Source: Longimicrobium sp. (GTDB lineage Bacteria > Gemmatimonadota > Gemmatimonadetes > Longimicrobiales > Longimicrobiaceae). From it: a stretch of 64,000 bases of DNA. This document shows, in pieces, positions 9,498 through 17,621 of this stretch. Both the position numbers and the translations under genes were made by a program. Under the pieces are notes generated by a model. The model searched no databases. It worked only from the letters and a program-made list of their open reading frames with translations, and had not been told where the DNA came from. Location of the stretch: assembly GCA_035691085.1 (NCBI GenBank), contig DASSJS010000264.1, positions 375-64,374 on the forward strand, written 5' to 3'. Position 1 is the first letter of the stretch. Each line of letters opens with the position of its first letter.

Positions 9498-9642
9498 GCA
9501 TGCGAATGAGCCAATCGCGGAGGTCGGTCGAGTCCTCGAGGTCTTCGGGATAGGGCGGCATCATGGCGGGATCCGGTAGGATGACGGTGGGGGTTCGTGG
9601 CGCGAGGGGAGCGGAGGTGGGACCGGCGCGGGTTCGCGGGTG

Positions 9643-10269
9643 CTAGGGCCGCCCACCCCTGGTGACCGAATCCCCGGGTGTGAGCCATTCCTTCACGCCG
9701 CGGTGGTGGGAGCAGCTCCCGGAGTGGGTGGTGCCGTACCAGTAGGTGCCGTCCCTGCACAGCGCCGTCGGCCGCCGCGCCGGTTCGGAATCGCCCGTCC
9801 CGAGCAACCCCAGCGCGCGCCCGGCGGCGGGAGGCGCCTGGCCGAAGTTGTCGTTGGAGCGGTACGCGTAGCCGATCGGGTGGCCGTCCGCCTCGTACAC
9901 CCGCGACCACCCGGATCCGTCGCGCTCGCCCGCCAGCACGCGCTCGCCGGGCTTCAGCGTGCGCACGGGCGGTGTCCCGCGCCCCACACCGCGATACACG
10001 CGCACGTCGCGCTGGGCGTACACGGTCGACAGCGGCGCGGGTGGGCGGGTGACCGCGCGGATTGCGATCGCAGCCAGCGCCGCCGCGGCCGCCACTACGA
10101 GCGTCCACGCGACGGCCCTCCACCTCCTTCTCGTGGCCGGCGGCGGCAGGGGCTCCCAGGCACCGCCGAGCCCCTCGCCATCCGCGGATTTCCGTACCTT
10201 GTTCTCCAGGCGGGCGATGAAGTCGTGGAGGTCGGGCGGACCATCGAAGGTGTCGTGATCGTGTGGCAT
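9643..10269 (-). CDS. Membrane-anchored SH3-like + DUF3761-like protein
   Basis: 208-aa ORF with one TM segment (WTLVVAAAAALAAIAI) and an SH3-like middle part. The C-terminal CRDGTYWYGTTHSGSCSHHRGVKEWL matches the CxDGxxS...GxCSxHGGV pattern of DUF3761. Confidence 0.65.
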   Translation of the reverse strand: MPHDHDTFDGPPDLHDFIARLENKVRKSADGEGLGGAWEPLPPPATRRRWRAVAWTLVVAAAAALAAIAIRAVTRPPAPLSTVYAQRDVRVYRGVGRGTPPVRTLKPGERVLAGERDGSGWSRVYEADGHPIGYAYRSNDNFGQAPPAAGRALGLLGTGDSEPARRPTALCRDGTYWYGTTHSGSCSHHRGVKEWLTPGDSVTRGGRP

Positions 10270-10784
10270 GCTCGTGCGGTCTATGCGTGGGATCTGTCCT
10301 GGTGCGCGGCTCTTGCCGGTGGCGAAGTTCGGCTACATGGCCGCTCCAATCACGCCTGCGTTGGAACAGCAGTGGCTTGACATTCGACCGCCCGTTCGAC
10401 GATCTCGTTGATACGGAAGGAGATACGCTCGATAGCGGTCCGCTCTCCTGGCGCCACCGGTGAATTGGAAGGACATCGACCGCGTGTTTCCCGGCCGTTC
10501 CCTCCTTCCGGAATGAATAACGGCAGCCGAGGAGGCTCCCACGGCTGCCGGAGGGTGAATAGCGGGCCAACGATGGGCCGGGTTGGCTGATCCCGTTGCC
10601 GCGCGGCGCGTTGGCCGGGCGGCCAGGAACGAAAATGTCTCGCGCGGCCAGAACCGTCCGTAGTTTGCTTGTGCGGGTGAACAGGTTCCGACATAATTCG
10701 AAAAGTGTTCCCCTCCGCGCCGCCCCGCGCCGAGCACTCCCCTGGGCCTTCCCCGGCCCGCCCCACTCTCCGGGAGGAACCGCA

Positions 10785-12101
10785 ATGCACTTCAACCGGT
10801 CCCAGCGGCGCCTGGTGCCTGTGGGTCTCGCGGCCCTGCTGGCGTGGGCGGTCGCGTGCACCGACCGTTCGAACCCGGTGGCGCCCGTCAAGGTCCAGCC
10901 GAAGGCGCCCGCCGCCGCGCGCATCCCCATCCAGCTCCTCGACTGCACCATCAGCCGCCAGGAGGTAACGCTGCAGTGCGTGGCGTCACGCCCGCACAAC
11001 GACGGGATGAGCGGCATCCTGCTGGGGAACCAGGGGGTGAACGTGCAGCTCACCTCCAGCAACGTGGCGTACAACAGCACTACCGAGGAGTACACGTTCG
11101 ACGTGACGGTGAAGAACCTGATCGAGCAGCCGATCGGCACCACCGACGGGTCGACCGTGGCGACGGGCGGCGTGCGGGTGTTCTTCACGTCGGGGCCCAC
11201 CGTGACCTCGGGGTCGGGGAGCATCAGCGTGGTGGCCGACGGGACGGACTTCTTCACCGCGGCGAACCAGGCGTATTACGAGTACGACGAGCTCCTGGCG
11301 CAGAACGCGACGTCGGCGGCGCACGGGTGGAAGTTCCTGATGCCGCCCTCGGTGGGCACCTTCAGCTTTACCGTGATGGTGTCGGCGCCGGTGCAATACC
11401 CGGCCGGGTACATCACGCTGGACGGGCACCTTCCCGGCTACAACTTCGGGAGCCTTCACCCCGACAGCGCGCACACGCTGGTGTACGAGGTGAAGAACGC
11501 GTTTGGTGCCGTCCAGTCTGGTCTGCTGGTGTCGTATTCGACCAGCGACGCCGCGTGCGCCACGGTGGACTACGCCGGCACGGTGACCGGTGTTCGCCTG
11601 GGCACCTGCACCATCTCGGCGAGCGACGGCTCGCATGATGGGTCGATGGTGTTCTCGGTGACGGGGACCACGCGCACCTGGACCGGCGCCGCGTCGAGCA
11701 ACTGGGACGTGGGGTCGAACTGGACGGGCGGCGTGACGCCGGCCACGGAGGACTCGGTGCTGGTGCCCACGGGCGTGCCGAACTTCCCGGCGCTGGCGTC
11801 GGACGTCACCGTTTCGGACGTGACCGTGGACGACCTGGCCAGCATCGACGTGGGCGCCTTCTCGCTCACCTCCACCGGCAACGTGGCGACCGGGCCCACG
11901 GTAGGGTGGGGAATCTTCTCTTCCAGCACGGGCCAGGTGCTGCTGACCGGGACCGCGCGCACCATGCAGGGCCGTTTCCCCAAGACCCGCGTGAGCGGAA
12001 CCTACACCGTCAACGGCCGCTACTGGGGCCGGGCGCCGCAGACGATCAACGGCGGCCGGGTGACGGTGAGCGGCGTGGAGATGCACATCCACAACAACTG
12101 A
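10785..12101 (+). CDS. Ig-like (BIG2) domain surface lipoprotein, paralog 2 (438 aa)
   Basis: ATG at 10785 preceded by GGGAGGA. MHFNRSQRRLVPVGLAALLAWAVAC is a lipobox. The body is paralogous to 3821 and 12407, e.g. VRVFFTSGPTVTSGSGSISV. Confidence 0.75.
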   Translation: MHFNRSQRRLVPVGLAALLAWAVACTDRSNPVAPVKVQPKAPAAARIPIQLLDCTISRQEVTLQCVASRPHNDGMSGILLGNQGVNVQLTSSNVAYNSTTEEYTFDVTVKNLIEQPIGTTDGSTVATGGVRVFFTSGPTVTSGSGSISVVADGTDFFTAANQAYYEYDELLAQNATSAAHGWKFLMPPSVGTFSFTVMVSAPVQYPAGYITLDGHLPGYNFGSLHPDSAHTLVYEVKNAFGAVQSGLLVSYSTSDAACATVDYAGTVTGVRLGTCTISASDGSHDGSMVFSVTGTTRTWTGAASSNWDVGSNWTGGVTPATEDSVLVPTGVPNFPALASDVTVSDVTVDDLASIDVGAFSLTSTGNVATGPTVGWGIFSSSTGQVLLTGTARTMQGRFPKTRVSGTYTVNGRYWGRAPQTINGGRVTVSGVEMHIHNN

Positions 12102-12157
12102 CGCGAGGCCCGGCGGCGGCAGTGTTCACGCCGCCGCCGTCCTCACGGCCGGAGCAC

Positions 12158-12185
12158 GAAAGGGAGGCCCCGCGGCCTCCCTTTC
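12158..12185 (+). terminator. Hairpin terminator (gaaagggaggcc-ccgc-ggcctccctttc)
   Basis: Perfect 12-bp stem about 55 nt after the stop of 10785..12101, followed by a T-containing tail (ctcgctctcc). Confidence 0.6.
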
Positions 12186-12406
12186 TCGCTCTCCGCCCCG
12201 GCGTGGCGGACCCCGCGGCAAAGGGGAGCGTCGCCGGCCAACGGCAGATTGCAGACGTTGTGGCTGATCGGGGGAGCGCAAAAGAAACTCTTGCGTTGTG
12301 AATCAGATCCCGACATCATTCGATGTAGTTCCTTCCGTGCCGTAGCGCGCGGAGCTCACCGTGCCGGGGGAACCTGGCGCGGCCCCCCTGTCCGGGAGGA
12401 ATCGCG

Positions 12407-13714
12407 ATGCTTCTTACCCCGGATCTCACCCGGCTGAGGGCCACCGCCTGCGCCGCCGTGCTGGCGCTCGCGAGCGCGGCCTGCTCCGACCGGGCCAATC
12501 CGCTCGCGCCCGAGCCTGTCCGCCCCCCCGGGTCGCCCTCCGCCCCCATCGTCATTCAGATCCTGGAGTGCACCGGCCAGCGCGCCGCGCTCACGGTGGA
12601 CTGCGTTCCCGCATCGCCAATCAGCGGCGCGCGGGGTGACATCGTCGTGGGCAGCACCGGCGCGAAGCTGACCTCGAGTAATGTGGCCTACAACAGCGGC
12701 ACGGGGGTGTACACCTTCGACGTGACGGTGCAGAACCTGATCGAGCAGCGGATGGGCACCACCGACGGTACAACGCTCGACCCGAACGGCGTGCGCGTGT
12801 TCTTCCAGTCTGGCCCCACGGTCACCGGCGGATCTGGAACCATCTCGGTGATCCCCGACGGATTTGACACCTTCACCGGCGCGGCGCAGCCGTATTACCA
12901 GCACGCGCAGGTGCTGGCGCAAAACGCCGTGTCATCGGCGCGCACCTGGACGTTCAACATGCCCTCGACCGTGACCTCGTTCAGCTTCACGCTGTACGTC
13001 TCGGCACCGGTGCAATATCCGACCGGGTACGTCACGCTGGATGGAAACCTTCCCGGCGGCACGTTGGGGAGCCTGCACCCCGACAGCACCCACGCGCTGG
13101 CCGCGGTGATCAAGAGCGCGGCGGGCGTGACGCAGAGCGGCACCGTCACCTTCTCCAGCAGCGATCCCGGCTGCGCCACGGTGGACGCGTCGGGCGTGGT
13201 GACGGGGGTGCGCGCCGGCACGTGCACCATCACCGCCACTTCGGGCACGCGTTCGGGGAGCATCGTCGTGCCGGTGGCTGGAACCAGGCGTACCTGGACG
13301 GGCGCGGTCTCGAGCCTGTGGAACGTGGGGGGGAATTGGGCCGGGGGCGTGGTTCCGGGCACCTTGGACACGGTGGTGATCCCCACGGGCGTGCCGAACT
13401 TTCCCGGGCTGGTGGCTGATGTCACGGTGGGCAGCGTGACCGTGGCCGACCTGGCCACCCTCGACGTGGGGGCGTTCGTCCTGACCGCCTCCAGCGACGT
13501 GGGCACAGGGCCCACGGCGGGGTGGGGGATCCGCTCGTCGACCACCGGATCGGTGGTGCTCACCGGCATTGCCCATACTGTGCACGGGCGCCTCCCCGCG
13601 ATGCGGGTGTTGGGGACGTACTCGCTGGACGGGCAGCTCTGGGCGCAGGTGCCCCAGGAAGTCTCCGGCGGCCGGCTCACCGCCACCGGCTACGAGATCA
13701 CCATCACCCCATGA
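12407..13714 (+). CDS. Ig-like (BIG2) domain surface lipoprotein, paralog 3 (435 aa)
   Basis: 435-aa ORF with GGGAGGA upstream. MLLTPDLTRLRATACAAVLALASAAC is a lipobox. Collinear with 10785..12101 along its whole length. Confidence 0.75.
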   Translation: MLLTPDLTRLRATACAAVLALASAACSDRANPLAPEPVRPPGSPSAPIVIQILECTGQRAALTVDCVPASPISGARGDIVVGSTGAKLTSSNVAYNSGTGVYTFDVTVQNLIEQRMGTTDGTTLDPNGVRVFFQSGPTVTGGSGTISVIPDGFDTFTGAAQPYYQHAQVLAQNAVSSARTWTFNMPSTVTSFSFTLYVSAPVQYPTGYVTLDGNLPGGTLGSLHPDSTHALAAVIKSAAGVTQSGTVTFSSSDPGCATVDASGVVTGVRAGTCTITATSGTRSGSIVVPVAGTRRTWTGAVSSLWNVGGNWAGGVVPGTLDTVVIPTGVPNFPGLVADVTVGSVTVADLATLDVGAFVLTASSDVGTGPTAGWGIRSSTTGSVVLTGIAHTVHGRLPAMRVLGTYSLDGQLWAQVPQEVSGGRLTATGYEITITP

Positions 13715-14835
13715 CGCGATCACCCCTGCGGAGGCTTGCCGCGATGAAGACGAGAATTCCTTGCGCCGCCGCGCTCACGGCCTCGCTGCTCTTCGGCCAC
13801 TCCGCGCAGGCGCAGTCCGACATCCTCCTGCGTTTGCGTTCGGGAACTCCCGCGGGCGACCGGTTCCGCGTGGACAGCGCGGGCGGGGTGGTGTCGCTGG
13901 GGATCAACACCCCGCCGTGCACCGCCTCCATCCCCGCCACCGGCGCGGGGAACCGGCTGATGTGGCACCCCTGCAAGGCCGCCTTCCGCGCCGGCACCGT
14001 GTCGGGCGCGCAGTGGGACGACGCCAGCGTGGGCCTGTACTCGTGGGCGGGGGGCGTGGGGTCCACCGCCAGCGGCCAGAGCGCGCTGGCCTTTGGCGAC
14101 GGGGCCACGGCGGGCGGGCAGGGCTCGGTGGCGCTGGGGTACCGGGTGACGGCGGCGAGCAACTACTCGGTGGCGCTGGGCTTCCGCGCGTCGAACAACG
14201 CGAAGACGGGCAGCATGGTGCTGGGCGACCAGTCGGCCACCGACTCGGTGCTGAACCAGAACAACAACGAGTTCCGCGCGCGCTACGCGGGCGGTTTTCG
14301 GCTCCGCACCAGCGCCGCGGCGAACGCCGCGCCGGGCGTGTCGGCGAACACCGGGTGCGACCTGCCCGCGGGGAGCGGCACCTGGACCTGCGCGTCGAGC
14401 CGCACGGTGAAGGAGAACTTCAGGGCGGTGGACGGCAACGACGTCCTGCTCCGCATCCGCGGCACCCCGGTTACCACCTGGAGCTACATCGCCGAGGGGC
14501 GGCAGGTGCGGCACATGGGGCCCGTGGCCGAGGACTTCGCCGCGGCGTTTGGGCTGGGCGTGGGCAGCAGCAGCATCGGCCTGGGTGACATCGACGGGGT
14601 GAACTTCGCGGGTGTGCAGGCGCTGGAGGCGCGCACCGCCCGGCTGCAGCGGCAGGCGGAGGCGAGCGCGGCGCGCGTGGCCGCGCTGGAGGCCGAGCTC
14701 GCGGCTACGCGCCGGCAGCTGGCGGAGCTCGCCGCCCGGCTGGACCGGCTGGACCGGCTGGACCGGCTGGATCGGCAGGACCGGCTGGATCAGCAGGACC
14801 GGCTGGATCGGCAGGACCGGCTGGAGCAGCGCTGA
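13711..14835 (+). CDS. Secreted tail-fibre-like protein: YadA-head-like Gly/Ala/Ser repeats + peptidase S74 (intramolecular chaperone) domain + coiled coil
   Basis: The ATG overlaps the upstream stop (ATGA). Signal peptide ...LLFGHSAQAQ. The central part has Gly/Ala/Ser-rich repeats (STASGQSALAFGDGATAGGQGSVALG). The S74-like segment is SSRTVKENFRAVDGNDVLLRIRGTPVTTWSYIAEGRQVRHMGPVAEDFAAAFGLG...GDIDGVNFAGVQALEAR. Confidence 0.7.
   Translation: MTRSPLRRLAAMKTRIPCAAALTASLLFGHSAQAQSDILLRLRSGTPAGDRFRVDSAGGVVSLGINTPPCTASIPATGAGNRLMWHPCKAAFRAGTVSGAQWDDASVGLYSWAGGVGSTASGQSALAFGDGATAGGQGSVALGYRVTAASNYSVALGFRASNNAKTGSMVLGDQSATDSVLNQNNNEFRARYAGGFRLRTSAAANAAPGVSANTGCDLPAGSGTWTCASSRTVKENFRAVDGNDVLLRIRGTPVTTWSYIAEGRQVRHMGPVAEDFAAAFGLGVGSSSIGLGDIDGVNFAGVQALEARTARLQRQAEASAARVAALEAELAATRRQLAELAARLDRLDRLDRLDRQDRLDQQDRLDRQDRLEQR
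14740..14829 (+). repeat. In-frame 9/18-bp tandem repeat (CTGGACCGG; CTGGATCGGCAGGACCGG) encoding LDR/LDRQDR
   Basis: Read directly. It encodes LDRLDRLDRLDRQDRLDQQDRLDRQDRLEQ at the C-terminus of 13711..14835. Confidence 0.85.
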
Positions 14836-14884
14836 CCCGGCGGGCACTGCGCATCGGCTTCCGGGGCGCGCAAGAGGTCTCGCT

Positions 14885-15045
14885 CACCGGCGGCTGAAGC
14901 CGCAGCAACAACGACGAAAAGCCTAGCAAACTGCGCGAGGCTGGTCGTGGCGGGGAGGGGCTGCCGGGGCGCGCGAGAGGTCTCGCTCACCGGCGGCTGA
15001 AGCCGCAGCAACAACGACGAAAAGCCTCGCAAACGGCGCGAGGCT
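14885..15045 (+). repeat. Two tandem REP-A copies (cores 14885..14942 and 14988..15045) in about 100-bp units, plus a partial third unit to about 15095
   Basis: caccggcggctgaagccgcagcaacaacgacgaaaagcct(a/c)gcaaac(t/g)gcgcgaggct occurs twice, between the convergent S74-protein gene and thrC. Confidence 0.85.
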
Positions 15046-15122
15046 GGTCGTGGCGGGGAGCGGCCCGGCGGGGCGCGCGAGAGTTCTCGCGACAGGTGGC
15101 CGCTCCACGTCTGTTGTATCGC

Positions 15123-16424
15123 CTACCGATTCTGCGGCGGATCCGCGCTGAGAGCTTCGCGGAGCGCGTCCAGAGTCGGCTCCAGCGGCTCGGCGTGCGA
15201 GGGTTGCTCCAGCAGGCGCTGAAGCTCGGCGGGGACGGGGACGGCGCGGCCCACCAGCGGCTCCACGACGGATTCGAACTTGGCGGGATGGGCGGTGGCG
15301 ACGATGATCCAGTCGCCACCGCCCAGTCGTTCGCGCACGGCCACGGCGGTGGCGGTGTGCGGGTCCCACACCTCGCCCCAGGCGTCCACACCTTCGCGGA
15401 TCACGCGGCGGATGTCGTCATCATCCACCTTCTCCGCCCGAAGTGCGCCGCGCGCCGCATCCTCGCCGCCGAACAGATGGAGGATGCGCTCCATGTTGCT
15501 GGGGCTGCCGACGTCCATCGCCGTGGCGAGCGTGGCGACGGTGGGGTGCGCGGCCCACGCGGCGCCGCCGGTGAAGGTGGTGAGGGCGGGGTTGGCGTTG
15601 GTGGCCATCACCACCTGGCGGATGGGCACGCCCACGCGCAGCGCCCAGAGCGCCGCGGTGGCGTTGCCCACGTTCCCCGAGGGGATGATGAAGCCGGGCT
15701 CCGTGCCGTGGCGGCGGCGGTAGGCATGGGCGGCCCAGGCGTAATACGCCATCTGCGGCAGCAGGCGGCCCACGTTGATGCTGTTGGCGGATGACAGGCG
15801 CCGCGCGGCGCGCAGCTCCGGGTCGGCCATTGCGGCCTTCACCAGGCGCTGGCAGTCGTCGAAGGTGCCGCGCACGGCGAAGGCGCGCACGTTGCCGCCC
15901 CACGCGGTGAGCTGCTTTTCCTGCCGCGGCGAGACCATCCCCGCCGGGTAGAGCACTGCCACCTCCACCCCCGGCCGCCCATGGAACGCCGCCGCCACCG
16001 CGCCGCCCGTGTCGCCCGAGGTGGCGACGAGGATGGTGAGCGGGCGGGCATCCGCATCCCCCGAAACAATCCGCGAGAGCACGGCCGCCAGGAAGCGCGC
16101 GCCCACGTCCTTGAACGCCGCGGTGGGTCCGTGGAACAGCTCCAGCACCGCCGTCCGCTCGCGCAGGTCGCGCAGCCGCACGGGAAAGGTGAATGCCTCG
16201 GCGCAGATCTCCGCCAGCTCGCCCGCCAGTGCATCGCCCGCGAAGAAGGGTGCCAGCAGCCGGACGGCGACTTCGGCCAGCGTCTCCGCGCCGTCGAGCG
16301 CGTCGGTCGGGAGGGTGGGGAAGATTTCGGGGACGTAGAGGCCACCGTCCGGCGCGATCCCGCGGAGCACGGCTTCACTGAGCGTGGCGGCGTGGGCGGG
16401 GTCGCGGGTGCTGATGTATCTCAT
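15123..16424 (-). CDS. thrC: Threonine synthase
   Basis: 433-aa ORF. The N-terminus MRYISTRD...LSEAVLRGIAPDGGLYVPE and the PLP-fold body are typical of ThrC. It lies downstream of thrA-thrB. Confidence 0.9.
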   Translation of the reverse strand: MRYISTRDPAHAATLSEAVLRGIAPDGGLYVPEIFPTLPTDALDGAETLAEVAVRLLAPFFAGDALAGELAEICAEAFTFPVRLRDLRERTAVLELFHGPTAAFKDVGARFLAAVLSRIVSGDADARPLTILVATSGDTGGAVAAAFHGRPGVEVAVLYPAGMVSPRQEKQLTAWGGNVRAFAVRGTFDDCQRLVKAAMADPELRAARRLSSANSINVGRLLPQMAYYAWAAHAYRRRHGTEPGFIIPSGNVGNATAALWALRVGVPIRQVVMATNANPALTTFTGGAAWAAHPTVATLATAMDVGSPSNMERILHLFGGEDAARGALRAEKVDDDDIRRVIREGVDAWGEVWDPHTATAVAVRERLGGGDWIIVATAHPAKFESVVEPLVGRAVPVPAELQRLLEQPSHAEPLEPTLDALREALSADPPQNR

Positions 16425-16560
16425 CTATCGATTGTCACCGGAGATCCGAATCGGGGGTGCGGCTGGGCCCGGCGGATGAATCCGCGGCTCCGTGGCAACA
16501 ACGGCGCGTGGTCCGTCTGCGCGGACTGCACACGTGCATCCGTGTGATGGGCGGGCGAGG

Positions 16561-16628
16561 GTGCATGCCGCGGCGGCCCCCTCCCCCCGGCCCCCTCCCC
16601 GCGCTCCGCGGGGGAGGGGGAGCACTAC
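16561..16628 (-). repeat. REP-B GC-rich palindromic repeat (CCCCTCCCCGCG-N3-CGCGGGGGAGGGG core)
   Basis: gtgcatgccgcggcggccccctccccccggccccctccccgcgctccgcgggggagggggagcac. Related copies occur at 31196, 51231, 57040, 57144 and 62161. Confidence 0.8.
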
Positions 16629-16676
16629 ACGATGAAGTCGCGCGCCGTGTACGCCAGGGTGAGGGTGGGTGCCGCG

Positions 16677-17621
16677 TCACTCCACCGTTTCCAGCCGCGC
16701 GCCCGGGCCATCCACCGGCGATACCCAGCCGGCGGCCTCGACGTGGGCCGAGCGGAAGGCGGCGACCATGGCGCCACACACGGAGGACGCGACCTCATCT
16801 CCCACGCACCACGCGAACATGCTGGGGCCGGCGCCGCTGATGGAGCAGCCGAGCGCGCCCGCCTGCATCGCCGCGGCCTGCACTTCGTGGAAGGCAGGGA
16901 TCAGGCGCGCGCGGTGCGGCTCCACCAGCACGTCGCGCAAGCACCGGGCGATCAGCTCCAGGTCGCCGCGGTAGCAGCCCGCCACCACCCCGGCCAGGTT
17001 CGCGCACTGGTGAATCACGTCGTGCAGCGGAAACTCGCGCGGGAGCACGGCGCGCGCGTCGCGGGTGTTCACGCTCAGGTCGGGGCGCACCAGCACGCAG
17101 CGCAGCCCGGCCGGCGCGGGGAGCGGCACCACGTCGGGCGGATCGGCCGAGCGGACCAGCACCAGCCCGCCGAACAGCGAGGGCGCCACGTTGTCACCGT
17201 GCACCGCGCCGCTGGCGATCGCCTCGCCGGCCAGCGCGTACGGGAACAGCTCCGCCGTGGCGAGCGGCCGGGGGAGCAGCGCGTTGGCGGCCACCACCGC
17301 GGCCACGGCGGAGGCGGCCGACCCGCCGATCCCCGAGCCGAGCGGGATTCCCTTGTCGATCGAAACGGAGATGCCCAGCTCCGGCGCGTGGTCGGCCAAC
17401 AGACGCAGCACGGCGCCGCCGGCGGTGTTCGCGGCGGGGTCCGTGGGCAGGGGGCCGGCGATGCCCGTCACCGCGCCCATGACCACGCCGGGCGCCTCGG
17501 TCCGCGTGACGGTGACGCGGTCGCCGGCGCCGGCGAGGGGGTGGCCCAGCAGGTCGAAGCCCACGGCCAGGTTGGAGGTGGTGGCCGGGGCGAAGGCGGT
17601 GGCGCGCGCGGGCAGAGTCAC
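16677..17621 (-). CDS. thrB: Homoserine kinase
   Basis: The GTG start overlaps the thrA stop (GTGA) and is in frame with ORF 16677..18518. GHMP-kinase motif GIPLGSGIGGSAASAVAA. Confidence 0.85.
   Translation of the reverse strand: MTLPARATAFAPATTSNLAVGFDLLGHPLAGAGDRVTVTRTEAPGVVMGAVTGIAGPLPTDPAANTAGGAVLRLLADHAPELGISVSIDKGIPLGSGIGGSAASAVAAVVAANALLPRPLATAELFPYALAGEAIASGAVHGDNVAPSLFGGLVLVRSADPPDVVPLPAPAGLRCVLVRPDLSVNTRDARAVLPREFPLHDVIHQCANLAGVVAGCYRGDLELIARCLRDVLVEPHRARLIPAFHEVQAAAMQAGALGCSISGAGPSMFAWCVGDEVASSVCGAMVAAFRSAHVEAAGWVSPVDGPGARLETVE

Noticed and set aside
9406-9570. 55-codon minus-strand ORF MMPPYPEDLEDSTDLRDWLIRMLRRWHGLRHQQ...
   Set aside because: It is below a credible length, and the second half has shadow-like composition antisense to the M28 gene. 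I mention it only as a possible gene stump in the M28 truncation finding.
14862-15095. Tandem REP-A units (also 50950..51215) considered as a possible mini-CRISPR array.
   Set aside because: There are only two to three units. The same core occurs singly and in both orientations elsewhere in the window. The spacers are themselves conserved flanks, and no cas genes are present.
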